A stretch of 63,299 bases of DNA, filler included, from Reticulomyxa filosa (GCA_000512085.1; 20 parts of 20 records of this genome joined end to end with filler, not necessarily neighbours in it), one strand, 5' to 3'; shown: positions 37,702 through 52,726, counted from the first letter of the whole stretch. The notes: generated by a model from the sequence alone, not told the origin. Numbers and translations: made by a program.

Positions 37702-38801
37702 ATGACTACATTAAAATACCGTGTGACATCATACAATTGTGTCCAAGTCGTAGATGATCGCCTATTGCAACGCGCGGAAGCAAGTTGGTTTGACACCATC
37801 CTGAAGCATTCATTGTCAGAATGGGAGAAGTTGAGCAAGTACAAAGCGGTGTGGTTGCAGATCCCAGCGGAGAGTGCAGCTTTGGTAGCAGTGGCAATGA
37901 ATCAGGGGTTTGAATCGCACCACAGCCACCCACACTACTTTATGTTGACGCGTTCACTGGGCGAGTATTACGAAAGCAAAGACGAAAGCAGCAATAAAGA
38001 TAAAGAGCACGAGGCAAACAAGTCCAGCAGCGCAAAGAAAGACGCCCAACTGCCACCAGCCCCATCTCATTTCGTCGGTGTAGCTGGCATAGTATTCAAT
38101 GAAAACGACGAAATTTTAATGGTGCAAGAAAAAGTGGACCAACAGCGAGAGGAAGTTTCGAAAGAACAAAAAAAAAAGTACATTTATATATTTTTATATT
38201 TATATAAAACTAAATCCCTCTTTTTTTAAAAAAAGCATCGTACAATTATAACAAAAAAAAAGAAATATGGAAATTGCCTGGAGGATTAGTGGAAGGATTT
38301 GAACACATAAGTGAGGCAGTGGTACGCGAGGTAAAAGAGGAGACAGGAGTATATACGACATTCGATAGCATTTGTTCGGTAATAGAAATGCCACTGTCGA
38401 ACAAACGCGTAAATGCTCAACAATTCTTTTTGAAAAACCCGGCGCGTGGCACAAGTCGTGACTTGTTTATCATTTGCTTGTGTCGCTTGGACTCGAGCAA
38501 ATATACAAAGGGACAACCTGTCCCACTCCATATGCAGGCCGAAGAAATTGCTCAGGTACAATGGATACCTTTGGATCTTATTCTCTCCAAATCCTCCAAA
38601 CAATTCCCTCTTTGGAATATTGACGGCAGTAGCGCCTTTGGAGACGCTCTGCTTTGTGCTTTGCACATTGCACAAATCAAACACTCTTCCATTCCTTCTC
38701 CTTCTCCTCACTCTTCTTCCTTTTCCATGGGATTGAAACGTCATGTCTTACCTTTTGTTAACAATATTGGCCAAGTCTCCGCTTATCGCTCCAAAATGTA
38801 A
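37702..38801 (+). CDS. Nudix hydrolase (NUDT6/AtNUDT8-like)
   Basis: LKHSLSEW..KAVWLQIP, GFESHH, HFVGVAGIVFNENDEILMVQEK and Nudix box WKLPGGLVEGFEHISEAVVREVKEETGV; one intron. Confidence 0.88.
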
Positions 38802-39454
38802 AAAACATATACGCTTTTTTTTTTTTTTTGGACAAAAGAATACAAACAACTTTTTAAAAAATTATAATTATAAAAAATATTTTTTTTCTTCTAAAAACTT
38901 ACCAAAAAATTTTGATTCACAAACTTGTTGCGAGTGACCAAGTCATGCTTTGGATTATTATGATCAATTGATAAAAGTTTGCTTGATCATGCGATGTTTG
39001 GTTTCATTTCATGCTTTTTCGCAAAAAAAAAAAAAGGAACCACAAACTGAACGCTTGTTATCAAAACCAATATCATTTTGCAATAAAGAGAAATGGACAA
39101 CATTAACACAAAACAGATTATATATAACATTACTACTGATATCCCTTTTTCAGCATATCACTACATATTCGTCTTTTAGTCAAAAATGTCAAAAAACGCA
39201 AAAGTGATTGTCGAATATTGGATTCGAATTTTGGATATAAAGTTTAATAGATTAATGATGTTGGTGGAATGGTAAATGATTAAGCAATTGTTCTTTTCTT
39301 TGAGTGAAATGAAATGTTATTGTTATTTTGGCCAAATATCTTGAATCTTTGTGATGGCGATATTGATCACTAGGCCAGACTTTGTCATATATGGTAGACT
39401 ACTAGTACTATGAGGTTTACATAGCACCATAACATATTGCTTCAATCGATGTAG

Positions 39455-39545
39455 GCCAAGTATAAAAAGTATAGTTTATGACTTGGCATATTAGGGCAGT
39501 ATATCATAGTCTAAGTCATAGACTAACATTTTATACATAGACTTA
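39455..39545. repeat. Nested imperfect inverted repeats
   Basis: 39460-39487 gtataaaaagtatagtttatgacttggc closely matches the reverse complement of 39509-39536 (gtataaaatgttagtctatgacttagac). An inner hairpin gccaagt-ataaa/tttatgacttggc lies at 39455-39487. Confidence 0.6.
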
Positions 39546-40472
39546 AAGTATTATAAGGACAAAGCAGAAAAATAGAAACTGTAAAATTATCAACATATAG
39601 TTGCAATGTTGTTTCAGTAATATTTGGCAAAACAGCTCAAGTGTCGAATATACACTTTTGGACATCAACATTGAGTTTAAATTGCAAATTTTTCACTGGA
39701 TGTTATTTATTATACATATGAAAATAAAATTCGATATGTAATATACAATCAAAGAAAGAATGAAACTAAAAGGATATTAAGATACAAGAATTCTTCCAGA
39801 TGGTAAAATCATTGAACAGATTATTTAATAAAATAACAAATATTGAAAAAATCAAAAAAAATTTCCAACAATATAACACATATAAATTTCTCTACAAATA
39901 ATAAATTCATAATGTCAAGTTAAAAAAAAACAGTCAAAAACATAAAAAAAACTTAACAAAATCACAAACAATATATTAAACTAATAAAATAATTACAATT
40001 TGATCGTAAAATGTAAAAACATAACACAAAATAAAAAACAAAATTAAAATAAGCAAATTAAATTACAATACTAATCTGCCAAATAATAATACAATTGCAC
40101 AAGTACTAATAATTTGTCAATTAAAATATACAAAAAAAAAATTTTGTTATGTGTACAAACTAATAATTTTCCTTAAGGATTTATTTTTATACTGATATGG
40201 CTAGATTTTCGTGCTAGACCAAAAAAAAAAAGACAAAAAATAAATAGTATAAAATTATTTTTGTGCTTTTACTTACCGGAAAGTAGAATATTTTTTTAAT
40301 ATCGTTGAAAAATTTTGTTTTTTAAGTTTGAAAGATATTCAAAAGCATTAGTTTAAACTTATTTGTGTTATTTGAAATGATTTAATTTTTTATTTTTTTT
40401 TGAATGTTTTAATCGACTTTGATCAGTTGTATTATTACGATTTTAAAAATTTTTGTGTTAGTATATCAGTTT

Positions 40473-42293
40473 TTACATTTGATGAAAAGGTTTTGGATTA
40501 ATATTTTTCATTTCTTCTGCTGTTATTTTTATACCGTATATTGCAACTCTACCATCGCCTCCTTTGTTTTCATTGCTATGATTTCCTCCAGTGCAAGTAA
40601 TATTGCCCATAGTATGCTGAAGAGCGTTGTGCGATTGCAATTTGATTAAAATTGATCCACCACTTCCACCACCCCCAAATGTGGAACTGTCTTCTCCACG
40701 TTTTCCATTGCATTGCAATTTACCATGATTGATCAACTGTTGTTCAACTACTAGTTCGATCACTCCACCTCCCCTTCCTCCTCTGTGAATTATATGCTCG
40801 TCTTCACGGCAAGTTCCTCCCCCACTGCCACAAAAGATTTGTTTTGACAATGTTTCTTCTCCATAAACATCGCCGCCTTTTCCATCTCCATTTTCTGTAC
40901 CTTCTCCTCCTTTCGTTCCATATCCCCCACCACCACCAACAGATCCATTTCCAATTGTTGTGGCTTGCCCACCTTTTCCAGGTCCCAAGTCAGAAGGATA
41001 TCCCAATCCGGAACAATCAATAGCTGATTTTTTGTGCTTAATCCATAAATGGCTAGTTTTTATCATAAGATACCCCAATTCAAATTCGGTTGCATTGTTG
41101 CTTTTGCCGCAATCTGCTGTCAAAATTACGCCTTCTCCAAGCAAATAAATTCCAAATCGAAAATTATTCCATTGATTGTTTTTCAATTTGATCTTTCGTT
41201 TATCTTCACTTATCAATAAATAATCTACTGTATTTTGCAACGCTGGAATAACCAGAGATGACAAGGCAATCATATCCTGACAAGATTTTAGTAATTGCTT
41301 TGAATCAATATCTGCCATATCACGAAGTACTTTTTCTTCTGTTTTTTCTTCTTTCTTTTCAACTATTAATTGAGGTTTCTAAAAGAATTATTGAAATTTT
41401 CTTTAATCATTATTTATTTTGTTTTGTTTTGAATGAATGATAAAAAAAAAAACAACTTGTGATTGCTGTTGATATTGCAATATCTGTGCATTCAATTCGT
41501 TTTTTTCTTCCGTCAATCCTTCCACCTCTGATTGTTTCTTTGTCAATTGCAAATGTAAGTCGTTATTTTCCTTGCGTAATTTTGTCAGATCGTTCTAATG
41601 TGTGGCCCATTCAAACAAATCAACAAACAAGTGGAAAGCGATCAGGACAATAAACAAAAATGAAAATACCTGCAATTCATTGATATGTTTGTCAACCAAG
41701 TCCAAATGCTCCTTCATTTCTGACAACATATGTTTATCTCTGTGTGATTGATTCAACATGGTATTGCACCCAAATTTTTTGAACTCACAATGGAAAGGCT
41801 TAAGCTTGCAATTCCCTTCCAAATGACTGTACAGACTCTTGATGGTCCCTTGATAATTGCATACATTGCCGTTCTTTTCTTCGCTTCCATCCTCTTCCAT
41901 GCCTTCGTCGGTCATCTTGGGTCGATGCGTCTGGATTTTGCCTTTGTATTGGCCCAACTTATATTGTCGAGGACATATCACTTGCAATGCGTTGACGTCT
42001 TGTCTTACAAATCTTACTTCTGAATACTTACAACCTTGATGATTTTCAATGGGACATTTTTCTTTATTGTTTTTCAAGTGGTTCTTCAAACATTTCTCTC
42101 CAATAATGTAGACCTCTGCATGTTGGCCGCAATGCAACTCCACTGCATTATTCGCAATTTGCTTACACACCGCGCAAACGTACTTTTGGAGTTTCTGTGG
42201 TTTATTCAGTAAGCAAACCCAGGCGTTATTATAACAGTCCTCAAGTGAAATAGAATTATTATTAGCATCTTCCACGTTTAAATTCAGGGACAT
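40473..42293 (-). CDS. RING/TRAF-type zinc-finger protein with coiled coil and C-terminal glycine-rich domain
   Basis: CAVCKQIANNAVELHC..H..C..CP, CNYQGTIKSLYSHLEGNC and CEFKKFGCN..H...H; C-terminus GGGGGYGTKG, GSGGG, GGRGGGVIEL, GGGGSGGSILI, GGDGRVAI. Confidence 0.75.
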
Positions 42294-42811
42294 GTCTCTC
42301 CAAAAACAAAATTTTTTCTTATTCTTTCCTGAGGGAAAATAAGTTTGTTGTCACACCAAAAGTTTGAACGTTTTGATTTGTGTGTAAAGATGTCATCTAA
42401 ACTATGACATATTAAAAAACGTTGTAGCAGTCTAACAATTTTGAATCACATGTTTGTTACGAGTTTTTTGTTCCGTTTTTTATAAAAGAAAATAAATGCA
42501 CATTTTGGATTGGATTTTACAAGAAGAAAAAATTGCTTTTTATGGACAAATAAAAGTAAAAATAAAAGTCTTTGTTCACGCTGTTAGAACTGACAAAAAT
42601 TTGAGAAAAAAAAAAATCACATTAACAAAACGCTCAAGTTCAGGTTGAACTGGACGTATAAGCTATTATCACACATAAAAAAAAATGATGAATATATTAT
42701 TTTCAATCTCTTTTATTTGTAAAAAAAAAGAAAAAAAGATAGCAGTACATGTACAATAACTAAGAAAATCAGGGACAAGAGAAGATGTACTGTAAAGAGG
42801 GAGGATGTGGT

Positions 42812-44663
42812 TTAATGTTCCTCCTCATCAAAAAAGACTTCTTCAAGTAAATTCAAAAAGAATTCACCAGTTTCACTCCCATCGCTACTGTTTCTGGAAT
42901 GAATGGTGGAACGGCGATCCAATTTGGGATCCCTCACATCGGAATCATCCACAGCAGAGCGTTGGGTATCCCCATTCTACAATCAGTCAAACACATACAT
43001 ATAAATATGTATATATGCATATATGTATGTACATATACATATACGTATAAATAAATGTGTGTCGAATTAAACTTGTTGCTGGGATAACAACTTTTCCCAA
43101 TGAGACCGGTTGGATCTGAGATTTTTTAGGCAAACAAGAGTTTCAGGGAACAGGACCCCCCAGCAGTCGAACAAAGGAGCGACGACGTAATCAATGAAGC
43201 CGATTTGTCCCCTGGGCACATTGGGATGAAGTCGATCCATCATTGGAGAAAGGGGAATCCCCAAGAGTTTTTCTTGATCGCCTTGTCGATACCACTCTTC
43301 CATGAGCAAGCGAGTCCACTGTTGGCAGTCTTTCCAAGGATACGTAGGATTGGCCAAATCGCACAAATGCAAGCCAATGGTCAAGCAGTGGGTGCGTTCT
43401 AACACGCGATTGTGTTCGGAGATGCCATGGACAACGTCTTGACGACGATTGATCATATCGCGAATGGTTTTCATCAAGTCATTATGATAGGTCATATCCG
43501 TGGCCAAAATCATATCCGCACACAATTGGCGAATGGAATTCCACTCCTTTTTATCAATGCCAGAAAAGATATTGAACGAATGTTGTTTGGACTTGAACAA
43601 AATGCGCAGCACTTGACTGCAATGCATGTTTTCCAACACCGATTTGCCATTGTACAACAATGCCAAGTCACTGCTGGTTTTGATATGGAATTCTTGAGTG
43701 GTGCCGGGATGCTTAAAGTCGTGCACGCAGCTGGCCACCAATGCCACCAACACATCCATTTCGCTCACGTACGACCGGAACTCATCCGATTGGGTCCAAT
43801 AGTACATGCTCTTCATCACGTCGGCACCATGCAATGCATTGTGATAGGGATTACTCCCATACTCGTGTTGGATTAGCGTGAAAAAGTTTTGAAATGCGTT
43901 CCTCGCAATTCCAAACTTTTCGAATAATCCCAACTTTGTGAATATGAAATGCGACAATATCACGATCGACTGATTTGGACACAATTGCTCCAATTCAAAA
44001 ATACTCCAATTCCATTCCCCAAATGTTGACAATACTTGTTTTATTTTGTCGTTCAACAGCAGCTTTTCCACTTTCTCCCTTTTCAATCCTACTATTCGCT
44101 TTTCATATTCGTCGTTGTCATCATCATCTTCTTCATCATTATTCTCCTTATCCTTGTCCTTGTCCTTCTTGTCGTTGTCATCATTTCCCTTGTCTTTCAC
44201 AGTGTCGTTGGCTCCATTCAATTCATGTTCCATCACCACCAGTGGACTGTCTAGTCCCGATGGATCGTCATATCTTCGGAACTGCGAGTAATTGCTACAC
44301 AACCAACGAGCGACTTCAAACCCATCCTTATCTAACTATATACCCAATATATAATGTATATACATTATATTTGTTAGAAATAAATGGAAAGACATAAACG
44401 TTTTGTAAGTTGGTGGTGGTATATCTTCTTCCGACGTCATACTTCCTTTTTTGTAATAACAATTGGCGCTTGTTGAAACTTTCTGAAGGGTCTTCGCTTT
44501 CTTCTGTCTCTTTTGTCTCTGTTTTTTTTTCTTTCTTTTCTGCTTGCTCTTTGTCTTTGTCAGTGCTTTCAATGCCATTTTGCTCTTTTTCCTCTTCTTC
44601 TTCTTCGTTGTCATTATCATCATCTTCTTCTTCTTCTTCTTCTCCTTCTTCTTCTTCTTCTTC
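42812..44663 (-). CDS. Class I cyclic nucleotide phosphodiesterase, 3' part
   Basis: NPYHNALHGADV, HDFKHPG, LENMH, LATDM, HLCDLANP, EEWYRQGDQEK and GQIGFI; probable last exon 42812-42977. Confidence 0.93.
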
Positions 44664-44763
44664 NNNNNNNNNNNNNNNNNNNNNNNNNNNNNNNNNNNNN
44701 NNNNNNNTTAATTAATTAANNNNNNNNNNNNNNNNNNNNNNNNNNNNNNNNNNNNNNNNNNNN

Positions 44764-45459
44764 CACCACCACCACAAAGACGAGAGATGAAAGCAATGTG
44801 TTGAAAGAAAACAAAGTGTTCATCGTTCGAGCTAAGCTGCTTTATGAACTGTGCAATCACTTGAAAGAACTTTGTGACAAGTACAATTGCATTGTCATCT
44901 TCATCAACGACGTCGGAGATGTGTTCGAAACCAAAGACATTCTTACTATCCATTCCATGGAAAACTGCATTTTCAGCAAAGGGAGATATGTCAAACCTGC
45001 TTTGGGTATTATATACATATACATATATATATATAAATATTCTTATCTATATAACTTCTTATTATACAAACCATAGGCCTTGCTTGGACCAATTTGATGG
45101 ACACTCGAATAATGCTCACCAGAGCTGATGAGGACGGATATACTACTTATCCGAATAAAATGCAATCGCAACCTTCGAATATCAGCCGCTTCATGCAAGT
45201 CCAATTCTCGCCTTATATGAGCACGGACGTAGACCGACGATGGGTCCCTTTTGTCATTGACAAAAAAGGTGTCCATGGCTTGCCCAAACTCGAAGATATG
45301 CGTGGAATCGACTTGCACACTTTTCAGACTCGTCAAACCCAACAAGTCCTTCAACAGGAACAATTGCAGCAACATTTGTTAGACCAACACAATGTCACAA
45401 CTACCTCGGATTACTATGACCAAGACCAAGCTGATGCTGAGATGATTGATATTGATTAA
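44764..45459 (+). CDS. XRCC3: RAD51 paralog XRCC3-like, 3' part
   Basis: RAKLLYELCNHLKELCDKYNCIVIFINDV, KPALG|LAWTNLMDTRIMLTR, RFMQVQFSPYM and FVIDKKGVHG. Confidence 0.7.
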
Positions 45460-45855
45460 ATTTTTTTTTTTTTTTTTTCCTTCATTTATATTCTTTTTTC
45501 TTCCATCACTCTCTTCTCTTAATGTTCTAACTTACACAAACTTGTTGGTTTTTAAAACTAAAGTAAAAGTATTCATTCTCTTTTTTTTTTTTTTTTTTCA
45601 GTATTTGAGCTTTTGACAAAAATAGTTTTCATTTCAGAAAATTGTGAAATGCACAGTACAATGATTTTAAAGATTCTCCGATATTGTATTTACTAAAGTT
45701 TAAACAAAAACAACCAAATGTCTTTGTTAGCATTGCAAATAAAGTCACCAAAGATTGATTACGCAAACGCGTTAGAAAGGAAAAAAAAGGAAATATTTTC
45801 CAATAAAAAAAAAAATCAAGCAATCGATGCTTAGATGTATACCCTTTTATCACCA

Positions 45856-46148
45856 ATGGAAGACCAAGATAGAGAGCGCAAACAGGCACAAAGAGACAGG
45901 AAACTGAACATTGAAAGGGCAAATGTTCTGAAGGAAGTGTACGACGCGACCTCCAGTTTGAGCTCAAGTGTAAGTCACTTGGTGGCAAAGAAAAGCAAAA
46001 AAGCGCACAAAATAACAGTACGAGAAGATTTCGAGCCAGCGGTGCATTTTTGCTTTTCTCTGGAGCGAGCATTGGTATTTGGCCTCAAAAGTTTGGAGGA
46101 CGAAAAGAAGCAAAAGAAAAAAAAGGGGAGGGGGGAGAGGAGAGGACA
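45856..46148 (+). CDS. 5' fragment of probable RUN-domain protein
   Basis: 'EPAVHFCFSLERALVFGLK' resembles RUN block B (LC..LE..L.HGLK); truncated at the linker. Confidence 0.45.
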
Positions 46149-46248
46149 NNNNNNNNNNNNNNNNNNNNNNNNNNNNNNNNNNNNNNNNNNNNTTAATTAA
46201 TTAANNNNNNNNNNNNNNNNNNNNNNNNNNNNNNNNNNNNNNNNNNNN

Positions 46249-48842
46249 AAAGAGGTTTGCATCATCAATTCAAATGGATGGATAGTGACTGGGCTTACCT
46301 CGTGTCAGACCAAGAAAATGTGCGAAATTCCTTTGCAAATGGTGTATTTGGAACCTTGTATACCGCCAAGCGAACAATAAAGATTTCATCGCATTTGTGT
46401 GTTCGACTATTGATTATTACATATACATATATATGAATATAAAGAAAAAAAGCAATAACAATGACAATAACAATAATATATATATATAAAGACGTCGATC
46501 GCAACGCCGTCAATCAATCCAAGACCCGTCGTATTTGCTGAGTTCGTTTCAAATTGTGTCAGCGTGGCAGTCATCGGGCCTGCTCTACATGAAAGAATTG
46601 TCATCATGGCGAGGCTGTCACACAACCTGCACGCACGTCAAGTTCGGAGACCCTCGCAAAGTATTTCGACTTCATACGTCGGCCTTGAATTTGAAAGATT
46701 GATATTTCCGAAGAACTATCGACAAAAATTTGTTTTTGCCATTTTTTTCTATTCAAAGTGTATATGTATATGTATGTATATATTATTTTTTTTTGACGCC
46801 AAAAAAAGGAGGCGCAATGGATGGACAGAAGTGAAGAAAAAAATCAATGGAAGGCGATATGGATGACATACTGTCAATGGATTGGATATTACAAGTCGCA
46901 CATCTTGCAAGCAACGCATTGGGAACTGCTGTCTATTGTACTTCACAGCGTCGTCAGTCTGTCCCAGAAGCTGCAGTCCAAACGCACATGGAAAAGCCCA
47001 AATGGTTCAAAACGCAGCGCTAGTTCACCGAGTGATTTGCCTTGCTGCTGCGAGCATTATCTTGTATTGACGCCCATCTATCACTGCGACACCACTTTTG
47101 GAAATTTCCCAAGGACTTCATGCGCAAGCAGGATATCGAGTCCAAGGTCGTGCAATTCCGCAGACTATGGCCATTGAATCAGGAGAAGCAGAGTGGATCG
47201 GCCCTCGGCGAGTATGACTTGCTGCATGTCAATCACATGTCGGAAAAGAATCGCTTCAAATGCTGCTGTGGCTATTAAAGTATTTGGACACCATTTTCAA
47301 AAGCTGCAGATGAGTCCGTTTTTTTCATCTAAACGAACCAAACATACATCTCCAGGCACTAATGAGGAGGTGTTGGTGTTGATGTTGGAGAAAAGAATGC
47401 AAATGAAGCCAAACGCATTCATGGTGCAAGATGCATAATATACTTAGTCCGCTTGCTGTGTACCAAACAAGTGAAAGAGGCCAAAGAACTACTTACCATG
47501 GCCTTCAAGTGTAGCGCAAGAAAAGTTTTGTTGTCATTGTGGTTGTTGCCATCGTCGCTGGTGCTGCTATTGATGTTGCCTCGGTGATATCGAGGATTCA
47601 CCGGTCCATTGGAAATGGCGTCGTCGTGAAAGAAGCAACTTTGAATATCTTATGTATTTAAATATGATTGCAGGGAGGACATTCAACGACTTAACACAAT
47701 ATCCAGTTATGCCATGGATGTTAAAGGATTACACCTCAGACACCATTGACTTAAACGATACAAATGTGTACTGTGACTTGACCAAACACGTTGGCGCACT
47801 CAATCCAAAACGCTTGGAAGCATTTGTGGAACAATACAATGGATTATTGTGAACATCCGACCGGACGATCCTAAAAATCCGGATAATTGGATGTATGGGA
47901 CACATTATAGTAGCATTGGCATTGTCTTATACTATTTGGTGCGAATGGAGCCTACGTGCAATAAGATTATGCAAGGATGGAAGTTGGATTGCGCTGGTCG
48001 ATTGTTTGATGGCTTGTTGAGTGCTTTGATAGCTGCTTAAATGTAACTGGCGATGTCAAAGAATTGATCCCGGAATTCTATTATTCGCAGAGTTTTTAGC
48101 AATCGAAATAATATTATTTTGGGGAAAAACAAAATGGAGATATATTGTCACATGTTAAACTGCCTCCTTGTGCAAGAAAATCTGCACTCATATTTGTTGA
48201 GGTTATGCGACAGGCCTTGGAAAGTGATTATGTGTCCAACAATTTGCATCATTTGATCGATTTAAACAACGACTGCCCGAGGCTAGGAAGTGCTACAATT
48301 TATTTCATCCATATACATATGAAGGCAATATAGATATTGACGCTATTCGTGATTCGGTAGAAAAAAAGCAACTTTGGCACATATTGATTCATTTGGATAA
48401 ACTCCTGCTCAGTTATTTGTTAGACCCCATCCAAAACGATATAATATCGATCCCAGCACAAGTGCAAGCGCTTTTAGATTGATAAAAGATGCAGAACTCA
48501 ATGCAGTGGATGCGCCTCAACAGGATCAAAGTGACGACCAAAAAACCGAAGGAAAAGAAGGGATACAAACGGAAGAAATGAGTGACTCTGAAAAATATAT
48601 TTGGTTGAGACGTCTTTTTATGCTACACTCCGATTTAACACTATGCTCAATGTCACGTTAAAAGAAAAAAAAATGGAAAAAGAATTATTGACTTACGCAT
48701 TCTCCAAAGTTTAAAAATGATTGGGGCGTGTGGATTTGAAATTACTGTCCAAAACAAGGTGTGGAAATTTGAGCTCAAAGAAGCTGCAGATCGAGAAGAA
48801 TGGATTACACATATTGATCCCATTTCTCGCTCTATCTGTTAA
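46249..48842 (+). pseudogene. BEACH-domain protein pseudogene
   Basis: [45 protein letters not shown] and FVEVMRQALESDYVSNNLHH, with several frameshifts and stops. Confidence 0.8.
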
Positions 48843-49029
48843 GCAATGCTATTTGTTACAAAGAAATTGACTACTCCAATTTCTTTCTTTAAGGTATTTT
48901 TTTAAAAAAGACCAAAATAATAAAAATTTGATTGTCAGTCATTCCGAGAACAAAGTACTTGAAACATTTTCAATGAGTAATTTAGTCTCGCTTGCTCACA
49001 GAAAAGTTTGTAATACTTTCACGTTAAGA

Positions 49030-49523
49030 TTATCCATTGGAGCCAAAAAAAATCTCAATTAAACACAGATAATTATTTCCACATCGGAACGAAAAAATAT
49101 AAAACACCCAAGAGCTTTTTATACTTTTTGCAATTGCTGCAAGTAGGCAACAACCTCGGTTTTCTGTTGTTCTTTGACATAGTCCATTGGTGTTTTGCCC
49201 GACTATGATAAAAAAACGTAATGCATTATTCTTTTTTAAAAATAAATCTTTATTGGCTGCTATCAATTGTTTGACAATGTACAAATGCACACTATAACAA
49301 GCACAATGTAATGGGGTGTCACCATCTATATCACATTTGAGCACATTTGCGTGAGCTTTCATGAGCCGATCAAAAATTTGTGATTGGCCACATTCACATG
49401 CAATGGCTAGTGCCGTTGATCCATGCTAATTGTTTATGTGATGGAAACATGTACAAACACAGAGTGTTCCTTGAAGTGTTTATAAGTTTACGCAACTGAA
49501 GTTTGTAAGTCCACATCCGCTTT
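49030..49523 (-). pseudogene. Ankyrin-repeat remnant
   Basis: GSTALAIACECGQ and DIDGDTPLHCACYSVHLYIVKQLI; reading frame breaks down downstream. Confidence 0.6.
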
Positions 49524-50027
49524 NNNNNNNNNNNNNNNNNNNNNNNNNNNNNNNNNNNNNNNNNNNNTTAATTAATTAANNNNNNNNNNNNNNNNNNNNN
49601 NNNNNNNNNNNNNNNNNNNNNNNCTCGTCTTTTTTTTTTTGTCGACTTCTCAAGTTGTCAAACCAAGTACATAAATAAATCAAAGTAAGCAGAACACTAA
49701 CATCTCGTGTGGCTTCAACTGGGTCCTTTTATTTTATTTTATAATTTTTTTATTTTTGTGTGTAAGCATTTTGGTTGAGTGTTTCCAATCATTGCTTTTT
49801 TTTTTTCTTTTTCCTCCTAAAGGGGGGAAGGAAAAAAATAATAATAAAAAAAAAACAACAAAACAGTTTCTTCAAGTGCTGCGCTTTCTTTTTTGGCTTT
49901 TTGTTCTGCCAATCGTTTCTTTTCTTCCACTTGCTCTTCCTAAATATTTATTAAAAAACACATCATGTACACAAGGCGAGAGAATAAGGGTCTCTAGTAC
50001 ATATTTTCTTCTTTTTCTTCCCCTGCT

Positions 50028-50438
50028 TCAGGAAAGTTGGTTGGGAGAAATAACTGTGGGTTTGATATCCGAACTAAATCTTTGTACTTGTTTGGACATT
50101 GACTTGTCGTAACGTATCTGATTATGTATACGTAAAGGGAGGGGGGGGGGAAATTGCTAAAAAAATATTTGCAAAAAAAAAAAAAAGAACAAAAAAATCC
50201 TTGTTCACAGCTTAACTTCAAGCCACTCCCCTTCAGAATCGTGGAATATTTGGGACACTTCTCCTGTGAACCATTTGCGTTTAGAGCTGGAATAAATCTG
50301 CACACGTGATGCTGTGCGCCATTCTTTTCGCAGCTATATTGCAAGTTTTTATTTTTATTTTTTTGAGAACACTCTCAACTAGTCTGTTTCCCTTCCTGAA
50401 TGAAACTTTACTTGTGCGTCTTCTTCAGTATTTGACAT
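50028..50438 (-). CDS. 77-aa three-exon Tudor/SH3-like small protein, absent from the ORF track
   Basis: Exons 50438-50412, 50333-50217 and 50117-50028 with phase-0 GT-AG introns give MSNTEEDAQLRKEWRTASRVQIYSSSKRKWFTGEVSQIFHDSEGEWLEIRYDKSMSKQVQRFSSDIKPTVISPNQLS*. Confidence 0.7.
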
Positions 50439-51587
50439 CTTTCTTCTCTATATGTACAGAGTTGAATGAATCAGCTCAAGGATGGATCATAAAATTACTT
50501 GCTCATATCACCAACCACTCAATGAAGGGTACACACACCCGAAAACGTTGTATAAATTCACGAAAAAACTTGTTTTTGTTCACTCAGTTTTTAAATACAT
50601 GATAGAAAGAGCAAATAGTTTTACACAATTTGTCGTGTTTTGCCACCTTTTTAATTTTTTGTCGCAAATTATTGCCATGATGTAGGTATTACTCTACTTA
50701 TGATAAGTTTATAGAGAGATATTTGATTTAAAAAGTTTTGGGGTTGACGATCATTCTGTGTATTTCAAATATCATTTTCTACCGAATCTTTGAGAAATAC
50801 TTGCAACACTTTAATAATGTGCACCAACAGTAAGACAATAACAAATTGTAAGACGTCAGGAGATGAATAGATAAAAAACAGGACAAAACAAACAACAAAA
50901 GCAAAAAGACCAAAAAGAAAGAAGAAAAATAAACTTTATGAAGTTTAAACACCGTTTGACCCATTGTGTTTGTAGGGGAAAAACCCAAAAATAATTGATA
51001 TCCACCAAAAAAAAATCGAAATAAAACTACATATTTTTTTTAAAGTGACTTTGGTGTTCAATGTTTAAAATAGCCTTTCTTTAAAACACGAGTCTTTTTT
51101 TTGATACAAGAAAAAAAAATAAACAAATAAAAAAACACACACGCAATAAACCAAATATCAAATTCTTTTCTTTGCACTGGAAAGTTGCCCAGTAAATTTT
51201 CAAACAGTTTGTGTCCAACTCGGACACGAATAAAGACAAAAAAAAAAAAGACAAGTAAACAAACGAACACAGAGGAAAAAATCCAACTGCAAACCGGCAT
51301 TGCCAAAAAGGGAAGAAAGTAGAAAAAAAAAAGTGGATCGTACATGGGTTGTAAAAGGGAAAGAAAGAAGATATAAACAAAAAGAGACATGCAAACAAAA
51401 GGGGTTAAAAGGTTTGATTTTTTTTTTTTTTGAACAATAAGTGGTGGTCACACTAAAAAGAAAAGAGAAGGTTGGATAACATAAGTTTTTATGTACTGAA
51501 ATGAAAGACGAAGAAAAAAAAAAAAAAAAGAGGGGAAGAAATTACATCCTGCCATGAACATCAGTGCATGAGGATGCAAAAGGACCC

Positions 51588-52726
<1,139 letters not shown>

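Noticed and set aside
39200-39280. KVIVEYWIRILDIK, like the N-terminal motif of Reticulomyxa-type WD40/Kelch genes
   Set aside because: Only about 15 codons, frameshifted, with no repeats following; at most a small relic.
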